DNA of 64,000 bases from Clostridia bacterium (lineage in GTDB: Bacteria > Bacillota > Clostridia > TANB77 > CAG-465), in NCBI GenBank assembly GCA_045652705.1, contig JAZRUV010000008.1:24620-88619 (forward strand), written 5' to 3'. How positions within the stretch are numbered: position 1 is the stretch's first letter; each line of letters begins with the position of its first letter. Shown here one piece after another: positions 44,763-52,525 of this stretch. The notes under the pieces were generated by a model. That model did no database searches. It was not told where the DNA came from and worked only from the letters and a program-made list of their open reading frames with translations. The position numbers and the translations under genes were made by a program.

Positions 44763-45641
44763 ATGGAACTTATTATTCAAGACTTTATAGATTACTTAGA
44801 AAGCAAACAAGTATCTAAAAACACACTTTTGTCGTATAAGAGAGATATCAATCAATTATACGCATATTTAGAACAAATAGGCAAAAAAATGTTTGAAGCA
44901 ACTGAGGAAGACTTAACAGCATATATTGCATATATGCAAACATTAGAAAAATCTAATGCAACAATTTCTAGAAATATAGCTTCTATGAAAGCTTTTTATA
45001 GATATTTGTTAAAACTAAAATTAGTAGAAAAGAACATCGCAGAAAAATTAACTTCTCCAAAAGTTGAGAAGAAAGAATTATCTATACTTTCAGTTACTGA
45101 GGTTGAAAACTTATTAGAACAACCTAGTACTAGTGACCTTAAAGGGCAAAGAGATAAAGCTATGCTTGAAGTGTTATATGCTACAGGTATTAGAGTTACA
45201 GAATTAATATCTCTTAACTTAAGTGACGTTAATTTAAATGCAGGTCATATTAAAGTCAAGAAGAAAAATAAGGAAAGAATAATACCACTTGGAAATACAA
45301 CTTTAAGATATTTAAAAGAATATGTTGAAAATGTAAGACCGCTATTAATAAAAACAGAGGAAGAACCATCTCTATTTATTAATGCGAATGGTCAAAAAAT
45401 GACTAGACAAGGATTTTGGAAAATACTTAAACAATATAAAGAGCAAGCTAAAATAGATAAAGAGCTTACTCCACACACCATAAGGCATTCATTTGCTGTG
45501 CACATGTTACAAAATGGTGCTGAAATAAAAACAGTACAAGAATTACTTGGACATACTGACGTAGCATCAACATTAATGTATACACATGTTGCAGATATGA
45601 AATTAAGGGATGAGTATTTAAAAGCTCATCCAAGAGTGTGA
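44763..45641 (+). CDS. xerD: Tyrosine recombinase XerD
   Basis: N-terminal SAM-like domain (FIDYLESKQVSKNTLLSYKRDI). Catalytic ATGIRVTEL (Arg), HTIRHSFAVH, LLGH and MYTHV (Tyr). Confidence 0.8.
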   Translation: MELIIQDFIDYLESKQVSKNTLLSYKRDINQLYAYLEQIGKKMFEATEEDLTAYIAYMQTLEKSNATISRNIASMKAFYRYLLKLKLVEKNIAEKLTSPKVEKKELSILSVTEVENLLEQPSTSDLKGQRDKAMLEVLYATGIRVTELISLNLSDVNLNAGHIKVKKKNKERIIPLGNTTLRYLKEYVENVRPLLIKTEEEPSLFINANGQKMTRQGFWKILKQYKEQAKIDKELTPHTIRHSFAVHMLQNGAEIKTVQELLGHTDVASTLMYTHVADMKLRDEYLKAHPRV

Positions 45642-45655
45642 TAAATGAAATTTAG

Positions 45656-45679
45656 GCGAATACTTAGGTATTCGCTTTT
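45656..45679 (+). terminator. Terminator of xerD
   Basis: gcgaatac / gtattcgc stem with loop ttag, followed by tttt. Confidence 0.8.
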
Positions 45680-45729
45680 CTAAAATAATAAATATATAAA
45701 TATACAAAACGCATTACGGGAGAAAAAAC

Positions 45730-46464
45730 ATGAGAAATTTAAAATTAACTATAGAATATGATGGAACAAATTTTAATGGTTGGCAAATACAAAAAGATAA
45801 AAGAACGGTACAAGAAGAAGTACAAGTAGCTTTATCTAAAATACTAAAGGAAGAAGTTACAATAATTGGTTCGGGTAGAACTGATGCAGGGGTGCATGCT
45901 TTAGGGCAAATTGCAAATTTTAAAACGGAAAAAACAATTAAACCACAAGAATTGTTATTTGGTATAAATACAATGTTACCTATAGATATAGTGGTAACAA
46001 ATGTTCAAGAAGTAGACGAAGAATTTAATGCAAGAAATAGTGCTAAAAAGAAACATTATAGATATGTTATAAACAATGGAAAATTTCCTTCTGCTTTAAA
46101 TGCAAATAGGGAATATCACTTTAAGTATTTTTTAGATACTGAAGCAATGCAAATGGCCGCTGATGACCTTGTGGGAGAGCATAATTTTAAAGCGTTTGCT
46201 GCAGCCGGAAGTACGGTAAAGGATACAACAAGAACAATTTATTTATTAAAAGTAAATAGACTTGGAGATAGAGTTATTATTGATGTTGTGGGTAATGGTT
46301 TTTTATACAATATGGTAAGAATAATAGTGGGTACGCTTTTAGATATAGGTTCAGGGAAATTAGATATATGTGTAATGAAAAACATGATAGAAACGGGTGA
46401 TAGAGCACTAGGTGGCAGAACAGCAGGGCCGGAAGGTTTGTATCTAGTAGATGTTGAGTATTAG
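45730..46464 (+). CDS. truA: tRNA pseudouridine(38-40) synthase
   Basis: LTIEYDGTNFNGWQIQ...GSGRTDAGVHALGQ (catalytic Asp). Confidence 0.95.
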   Translation: MRNLKLTIEYDGTNFNGWQIQKDKRTVQEEVQVALSKILKEEVTIIGSGRTDAGVHALGQIANFKTEKTIKPQELLFGINTMLPIDIVVTNVQEVDEEFNARNSAKKKHYRYVINNGKFPSALNANREYHFKYFLDTEAMQMAADDLVGEHNFKAFAAAGSTVKDTTRTIYLLKVNRLGDRVIIDVVGNGFLYNMVRIIVGTLLDIGSGKLDICVMKNMIETGDRALGGRTAGPEGLYLVDVEY

Positions 46465-46560
46465 TAAAGATCAAAATTTATAATTTGTTTAGTGTGCATA
46501 TATTTTAGTTATTGACAAAACATGACATGTTTAGTAGAATGAACATGAGGAGGTTATATT

Positions 46561-46941
46561 ATGATAGAAGCATATAAAAAGTATTTTATAAACTATACAA
46601 ATTTCAAAGGCAGATCGTCAAGAAGCGATTACTGGTGGGTAATATTAGCAAACTTTATAATAGGACTAGCTTTTGGATGCTTAGGCGAATTTGGTGAAAC
46701 GTTATCTACGCTATATTCAGTTATAACATTAGTTCCAGGAATAGCATTAATAGTTAGAAGATATCACGATATAAACAAATCTGGTTGGAACTATTTGTTT
46801 ATACTTATTCCATTTGTTGGCTGGATTGTTGTATTAGTGGATTTCTGTACAAAGAGTGTAAATGAAAACAACAAATATGATGAAAAAAGTAGAAAGTGTT
46901 GTAAATGCAGTAAAATAAAAGATGAGAGCTTAACTGTTTGA
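46561..46941 (+). CDS. DUF805-family inner-membrane protein
   Basis: GRSSRSDYWWVILANFIIG...RRYHDINKSGWNYLFILIPFVGWIV is the characteristic DUF805 pattern. Confidence 0.75.
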   Translation: MIEAYKKYFINYTNFKGRSSRSDYWWVILANFIIGLAFGCLGEFGETLSTLYSVITLVPGIALIVRRYHDINKSGWNYLFILIPFVGWIVVLVDFCTKSVNENNKYDEKSRKCCKCSKIKDESLTV

Positions 46942-47083
46942 AGTTGAGTTCTTTTATGTATGAACAAACTCTTTAAAGGTTTACATTTATGTTAACATGT
47001 GATATAATTATTCATGAAGATTACGTGAGTAGCCTTCCAAAATTGGAGGGCTATTGCCCTTCTTAAACTTAAGGAGGAAAGTT

Positions 47084-47641
47084 ATGTTAGCAGCAAAATT
47101 GAATTCGTGTACGTGGAGTAGAGTACCTACGTGGGTTAATATGAGATGTAGCGATCCTGGGGATGAGTATTTAGAAAATCAGTATAGTGAATCTGATTTT
47201 GATAATTATGTAGAGCTTCTCTTTAGAGAGGTTGCAGAACAAATGAAGGTAAACTACAGCGGGGTTAAAGATATCCTATATGGCCATAATACTAGGTTCT
47301 TTGAGGAAAAGGCGCGCTATTTTAGTAATTACGATTTTATGGGAGTGCGTGAAGATGAGTTTGAAAGTTTAACTAGTAAATTGCTATTACCGAGTATCTT
47401 TGAACTTGAAAAGAAGAGTACAGTCCAAGCATTTTTGGATAGCTTTGATATGCTTGAGCTTAAAGACAAAGTAGAAATACTAGATAGGCTTTCTATGGCA
47501 AAAATAGACTTTGGACAACTTAATATTGGCCCAGCTAATAGTGTAGGAAAAACGATAGTTTCTTTATCTGAAGAGACCAAGTATCGATTAGTAAAAAGTG
47601 TTTTTGAAGCAGAAGTGGACATTGATATTGAACTAAAATAA
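47084..47641 (+). CDS. Hypothetical protein (185 aa), GC-richer orphan
   Basis: ATG at 47084 follows AAGGAGG; the track start at 47054 has no RBS. TGTGATATAAT -10 at 46998-47008. Confidence 0.55.
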   Translation: MLAAKLNSCTWSRVPTWVNMRCSDPGDEYLENQYSESDFDNYVELLFREVAEQMKVNYSGVKDILYGHNTRFFEEKARYFSNYDFMGVREDEFESLTSKLLLPSIFELEKKSTVQAFLDSFDMLELKDKVEILDRLSMAKIDFGQLNIGPANSVGKTIVSLSEETKYRLVKSVFEAEVDIDIELK

Positions 47642-47663
47642 TTATAAAAAGGGGATAATACAA

Positions 47664-48113
47664 ATGACTAAAACACAATTTTTGGAAGTTCTTTCAACTC
47701 AAGGTGTTCGCTTTAACAGAGTAAATGGATTTAGCTTAAGCTATGAGAACACAGTGGTTTTAAGAGGGCGTATTCCACTTGCGCTTGCAAGAAAAATACG
47801 AGACATAGAAGACAATGGTAAATTGGGTATATCCTTTGGAGCCTCATATGTAGAACAACCTGACGAATGGGCAACCAATGCCGATTTGGAAGATATGCTA
47901 TCTGAAGCGATTGCAGATATGTCAGAGCTTTCTAAGGCGGGAACCATATATGAAACTAAAAGGATAGAATATATTAAGAAAGCTGAACAAAAAGGAAAGC
48001 TTGACGATATTTATGTTTTGTCTGTTTATGTAGATACAGCTCAGGGATTACGGCATATCATACGTACCATTCGAGAAAGTGGATATATCAACCAATGTGT
48101 TTGGCGTAGGTGA
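47664..48113 (+). CDS. Hypothetical protein (149 aa), GC-richer orphan
   Basis: AAGGGG RBS. Co-oriented with the previous gene, 22 nt downstream. A strong terminator follows. Confidence 0.55.
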   Translation: MTKTQFLEVLSTQGVRFNRVNGFSLSYENTVVLRGRIPLALARKIRDIEDNGKLGISFGASYVEQPDEWATNADLEDMLSEAIADMSELSKAGTIYETKRIEYIKKAEQKGKLDDIYVLSVYVDTAQGLRHIIRTIRESGYINQCVWRR

Positions 48114-48120
48114 TTAATAA

Positions 48121-48159
48121 AAAATACTACCAGAGTTAATTAATTCTGGTAGTATTTTT
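48121..48159 (+). terminator. Rho-independent terminator
   Basis: aaaatactaccag / ctggtagtatttt 13-bp stem, followed by a T-run. Confidence 0.8.
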
Positions 48160-48164
48160 ATGTA

Positions 48165-48200
48165 TAAAATAAAAAAGCACGAATTTTTACGTTCGTGCTT
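48165..48200 (-). terminator. Terminator downstream of tRNA-Leu
   Basis: aagcacgaa / ttcgtgctt stem, followed on the minus strand by ttttttatttt. Confidence 0.8.
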
Positions 48201-48205
48201 ACACG

Positions 48206-48292
48206 TGGTGGGAAAGACCGGAATCGAACCGGTACGAGTGTTACCTCGCAGGATTTTAAGTCCTGTGCGTCTGCCAGTTCCGCCACTATCCC
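48206..48292 (-). tRNA. tRNA-Leu (anticodon UAA), CCA encoded
   Basis: Reverse complement GGGATAGTGGCGGAACTGGCAGACGCACAGGACTTAAAATCCTGCGAGGTAACACTCGTACCGGTTCGATTCCGGTCTTTCCCACCA. It has a 7-bp acceptor stem (one mismatch), anticodon loop CTTAAAA, a long variable arm and a GGTTCGATTCC T-loop. Confidence 0.93.
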
Positions 48293-48413
48293 GTGCAAGT
48301 AATATATTAACATTTTTTTTGCTTGCTGTCAAGGAGTTTATTAAAAATATTTTTCTTAATTCATATTTTTCTAATAGTTGCCATATATTGTAACAAGGTT
48401 AAGGGGGAAAACT

Positions 48414-49682
48414 ATGCTAAATTTAAGAAAAATATTAGTAGTATTTTTAATAATTATAATGCTATGTAGTGTAATTATGCCAATAAGTATATATGCCATG
48501 CCAGATTTTGCTATAGTTGAAAGCAATAGCGAAAATATTGAGACACAAACTAAAAACTATAAAACAGCAGAGTCTTCTATACAAACAGCAGCAGCGCCTG
48601 CTTTTAATTTTCAGTCAGCTTCCCAAGTGTTGATGGAAGCAACGACAGGTGAAATAATATATGCTAATAACGAAAATGAGAGATTGCTTCCGGCATCTGT
48701 TACTAAAATAATGACACTTCTTTTGGTTATGGAACAAATAGATAACGGGAGTTTAAGATACACAGATACAGTAACTTGCACAAGTAATGCGTCTGGAATG
48801 GGTGGTTCTCAGATTTGGTTTAAAGAAGGAGAGACTTTAACGGTTGATGAAGCTTTAAAATGTATTTGTGTAGTTTCTGCAAATGATGTAAGTGTTGCTA
48901 TGGCTGAACTTGTAGGGGGAAGTCATGAAAATTTTGTAGCTATGATGAATGCTAAGGCAAAAGAACTAGGGATGGAAAACACTAACTTTATGAATGCTCA
49001 CGGAATAGACGAGGAAGGGCATTATACAACAGCTAAAGATATAGCTATAATGTCGCGTGAGTTGATGGTAAGACATCCGGGTATAAAAAAATATACAACA
49101 ATATGGATGGATAGCATAAGAGGCGGAACGTTTGAACTTGCCAATACAAACAAATTATTAAAAACATATAAAGGAATGACTGGGCTAAAAACAGGTTCTA
49201 CGTCGCAGGCGTTGTTTAATTTATCCGCTACAGCGGAAAGAGAAGGTTTGTCTTTGATTGCAGTAGTAATGAAAGCACCAACGAGCAAGGTAAGAAATGA
49301 AGAGATAACAAGCCTTTTAAATTATGGTTTTTCAGCATATACAAGTAGTAAGATAGCAGCAGCAGGAGATGTAGTAGAAAAAATAAAAATAAGTAAGCAT
49401 ATAACGAAAGAGGTAGATGTTGTATTGGAAAAAGATGAGTATTTAATTAGTAAGAAAGGTGAAGCTAAAGAATACACAAAAGTTGTAAAATATAACGATA
49501 ATCTTAAAGCTCCAATAAATAAAAATACACCTATAGGCAAGCTGCAATTTCTAGCCAATGATGGAAGCGTTTTACGAGAAGCTAATCTAATGCTAACAGA
49601 AGATGCGTATAAATCTAACTTGTGGGAATATATAATGCACATTGTAGATCTATTTACTATGAAGGGTATGAAAACAAAGTAG
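48414..49682 (+). CDS. Serine-type D-Ala-D-Ala carboxypeptidase (PBP5/DacB/DacF-like)
   Basis: Signal/TM segment, then SxxK (ASVTKIMT), SxN (VSANDV) and KTG (LKTGST). Start at the ATG at 48414 after AAGGGGG. Confidence 0.88.
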   Translation: MLNLRKILVVFLIIIMLCSVIMPISIYAMPDFAIVESNSENIETQTKNYKTAESSIQTAAAPAFNFQSASQVLMEATTGEIIYANNENERLLPASVTKIMTLLLVMEQIDNGSLRYTDTVTCTSNASGMGGSQIWFKEGETLTVDEALKCICVVSANDVSVAMAELVGGSHENFVAMMNAKAKELGMENTNFMNAHGIDEEGHYTTAKDIAIMSRELMVRHPGIKKYTTIWMDSIRGGTFELANTNKLLKTYKGMTGLKTGSTSQALFNLSATAEREGLSLIAVVMKAPTSKVRNEEITSLLNYGFSAYTSSKIAAAGDVVEKIKISKHITKEVDVVLEKDEYLISKKGEAKEYTKVVKYNDNLKAPINKNTPIGKLQFLANDGSVLREANLMLTEDAYKSNLWEYIMHIVDLFTMKGMKTK

Positions 49683-49720
49683 ATAAATGTAGTATAATAG
49701 CATAAAATAAATGGTTTAGG

Positions 49721-49753
49721 AACGTAATATTTCGGAAATATTACGTTTTTTTT
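49721..49753 (+). terminator. Rho-independent terminator
   Basis: aacgtaatatttc / gaaatattacgtt stem, followed by tttttt. Confidence 0.85.
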
Positions 49754-49848
49754 ACATTTGTGTTAACAGCGCTACAAATCAATGATTTCAGTTGACTATT
49801 TAACTAGTTTGTTATATTATTTTCACAGTATTATGGAGGTTTGTACAT

Positions 49849-50961
49849 ATGATAGGAATGAATCAAATAAAGAAAAGATTAATTCATGGAATTTTAATAG
49901 GTCTAGCAATAGGATTAGTATTTGTAATTATTACAATTATAATATCTAACAATATTGTTACGGGATATAAGGAAGGAACAAATAAAACATTTTTAGAAAG
50001 GTATACATCTGATGTTGTAACTTTTACAAGGGATGTTGTTCAAGGTGAAACAATTACACCTGACATGCTTCAAACAACTACAATACACATAAATACAGTT
50101 CCAAGTAATGCATATACTTCAGTTGGGGCGGTAGTTGGTCAGGTAGCAAAGTATAACATAGTAAGAAATTCTACAGTTGTGTCTTCTATGGTATCAGATA
50201 AAATAATATCGCAAGATATGAGAATACAAGAAATAAATGCTGTAGTACTTCCAACTGACCTTATGGTAAATGATTTTATAGATATAAGATTAATGTATCC
50301 AAGTGGTGTTGAATATACAGTGCTTGCTCAAAAGCAAGTTACAAAAATAGTTGGAACAACAATATGGATGGATATGTCTGAAGAAGATACACTTATGCTT
50401 AACAGTGCTATAGTAGATTCGTATTTAACAGATGGAACGAAATTATATGCAGTTAGATATACAGATCCAACTACGCAAATAAAATTAGGGGAGTCAGAAG
50501 CAGCTGCAAGTTCTGCTAGACTATGGCTAAAAGACGAAATAGGAAAAAAGTTAGCACAGTTTAATAGTATTGACGAGGTATATGTGACTGAAAACAGACC
50601 TACAGGTAATGTTAATATATATGGTGAGGCTGAAACAACACCTGTAGCTACTGCAAAAGATAAAATAATAGACATGGTAACAGATTATGCTATAGAGTAT
50701 AGATATTATGTTGAGTCGTTCAATAAAACAAAAGTAACATATCAACCTAATGCTCAAGTAATGGCATATATGAAAAATGAGGATAATTATATCGTTGAAA
50801 AAGCTAAAGAAAGATTAAGTGCTACTGCAAGACAAAATATCGAAAGAAACATTGCGTTATTTGAAAATTCAAATGCTGAAGGATATTCAAATGTAGTTTC
50901 AGGAATAAACACATCAATAACTGCACAACAAACTCTAAGAAATCAGGCGTTAGGACAATAA
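49849..50961 (+). CDS. CpaB/RcpC-like pilus assembly protein (TM + SAF-like domain)
   Basis: N-terminal TM helix LIHGILIGLAIGLVFVIITIII. The segment VVTFTRDVVQGETITPDMLQ...VGQVAKYNIVRNSTVVSSMV resembles the SAF/CpaB N-domain. First gene of the locus. Confidence 0.6.
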   Translation: MIGMNQIKKRLIHGILIGLAIGLVFVIITIIISNNIVTGYKEGTNKTFLERYTSDVVTFTRDVVQGETITPDMLQTTTIHINTVPSNAYTSVGAVVGQVAKYNIVRNSTVVSSMVSDKIISQDMRIQEINAVVLPTDLMVNDFIDIRLMYPSGVEYTVLAQKQVTKIVGTTIWMDMSEEDTLMLNSAIVDSYLTDGTKLYAVRYTDPTTQIKLGESEAAASSARLWLKDEIGKKLAQFNSIDEVYVTENRPTGNVNIYGEAETTPVATAKDKIIDMVTDYAIEYRYYVESFNKTKVTYQPNAQVMAYMKNEDNYIVEKAKERLSATARQNIERNIALFENSNAEGYSNVVSGINTSITAQQTLRNQALGQ

Positions 50962-50975
50962 TTTAGGAGGAACAA

Positions 50976-51701
50976 ATGCAAAAGGTAATAGGTTTAGTAG
51001 GATATGTAAACAAAACAGAATATGTTATAAATCTAGCAAAAGTATTATCAATTACAGGCAAATCAGTGCTTGTAATTGATGGTACTGTTGAAGAACGTTT
51101 AAGATATTCTATACCAGCCTTTAATAATTCAGAGAAAGAATATTTAGTACATTTTGATACAGTAGATTACGCACTAGGTTTTAGAAGTATTGAAAGTATA
51201 AAAGAATATATTTGCAAGAAAACATCTAACGCAGATAACTATGATATTATACTAATAGATATAGATAACGTCAGTGCTTACGAAGATTTCAGACAAGAAA
51301 ATTTTTCCAAGACATTCTTTTTCTTAGAATATTTAAATATTTCAATGGCAAAAAATGAAGAGCTTTTAAAAGCAATAGCAAGCTATGAAGCAGTAGATAG
51401 AAAACCGGTCCTTTCAAGGGTGATATTTAAGCAATATGTAACAAGAGCAAGTGAAAAATATTTTGAAAACAAAATATTAAATTTCCCAATAGAGTGGAAT
51501 GAAGTTGCATATGAACTTCCTTATATGGACCAAGATAAAATTGCGGATATAGAATTTGAACAAAGTGGTTATATAGATATGAATAGACACACTAAAGTGT
51601 ACTTAAATTTAGTAACAGATATGGCGTCAGATATAATTGGAGACGTACAAGCAGGAGATATAAGAAAAATGGTTAAAATGTATACAAGGGGGAGAGCGTA
51701 A
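50976..51701 (+). CDS. ParA/MinD-fold protein with a degenerate P-loop (TadZ/CpaE-like candidate 1)
   Basis: KVIGLVGYVNKTEYVINLAKVLSITGKSVLVIDG aligns to kvIav.s.KGGvGKTT...La..g.kVlliD, with GYVNKTE in place of KGGVGKT. DIILIDID is Walker-B-like. Confidence 0.45.
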   Translation: MQKVIGLVGYVNKTEYVINLAKVLSITGKSVLVIDGTVEERLRYSIPAFNNSEKEYLVHFDTVDYALGFRSIESIKEYICKKTSNADNYDIILIDIDNVSAYEDFRQENFSKTFFFLEYLNISMAKNEELLKAIASYEAVDRKPVLSRVIFKQYVTRASEKYFENKILNFPIEWNEVAYELPYMDQDKIADIEFEQSGYIDMNRHTKVYLNLVTDMASDIIGDVQAGDIRKMVKMYTRGRA

Positions 51702-52507
51702 TGCCAAAGATAGTTTTTTGGAGTCCAGTAGCAACTTCCATAGGGCAAACACACGCTAGTGTGGCAGTAAGTACTTTGATGGCAATAGAAGAAGATTTTT
51801 CAAACATTCTTCTACATGGGCATTGGCAAGCCAAGAAAATAGAGAGTTCCTTTACAGATTATGAGTCTTTAAAGGCTCAAAACGTCTTTAACAGTTCTAG
51901 TATGGGTATTACTGCTTTAGCAAGACTTGTAGAGAGCAATAAATTAACGCCTGAGAGTATTAGGAATTATGCAAAACCAGTTTTGAAACAAAGATTGGAT
52001 GTAATGTATGGCACTAACGTTGCAAGTAGAGAACAATTTAGTCAACTTACAAATAGCTTGTCTATGGTTATTGGGAAAGCAAATGAAACTTATGATTTAG
52101 TATGGGTTGACCTTCCTAAAGGAACAGAAAAGACATATATTACAGATGCTTTAGAAAGTGCGGACTATATAGTATGTACTATAAATCAAGAAGAAGTATT
52201 TTTAGAAGAGGCAATAGAAAAATATCTTGCAAATGATATTATAAAAAAGAAACCAAGAATGTTACTTATGTGTAATTATGAACAAAAATCTAAATATAAT
52301 ATACCAAATATTCGCAGAAAATATGGAATAAAAGAAGCGATACACGCAATACCACATAATTACGTGTTTACGGATGCATGTAATGATGGTTCGGTTATAG
52401 ATTTCTTTTATAAAAATATCGCAGCAGATAAAACTGATTATAATGGCGAATTTATACACGAAATAAGAAGTATAACAAAAACAATATTAGATCATGTAAA
52501 AATATAA
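51701..52507 (+). CDS. ParA/MinD-fold protein with a degenerate P-loop (TadZ/CpaE-like candidate 2)
   Basis: KIVFWSPVATSIGQTHASVAVSTLMA has Gln at the Walker-A Lys position. YDLVWVDLPKG is Walker-B-like. TAATG overlap with the previous gene. Confidence 0.45.
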   Translation: MPKIVFWSPVATSIGQTHASVAVSTLMAIEEDFSNILLHGHWQAKKIESSFTDYESLKAQNVFNSSSMGITALARLVESNKLTPESIRNYAKPVLKQRLDVMYGTNVASREQFSQLTNSLSMVIGKANETYDLVWVDLPKGTEKTYITDALESADYIVCTINQEEVFLEEAIEKYLANDIIKKKPRMLLMCNYEQKSKYNIPNIRRKYGIKEAIHAIPHNYVFTDACNDGSVIDFFYKNIAADKTDYNGEFIHEIRSITKTILDHVKI

Positions 52508-52525
52508 TGTAAGGAGGAAAGAGCT

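Noticed and set aside
44763-45641. Tyrosine recombinase as a marker of an integrated mobile element
   Set aside because: Its sequence and its spoIIM-xerD context fit chromosomal XerD. It has backbone composition and no flanking phage or ICE genes or repeats.
48114-48393. ORFs 48114-48332 (-) and 48160-48393 (+) in the track
   Set aside because: Both overlap the tRNA-Leu gene and two terminator hairpins. The real content of this region is the tRNA.
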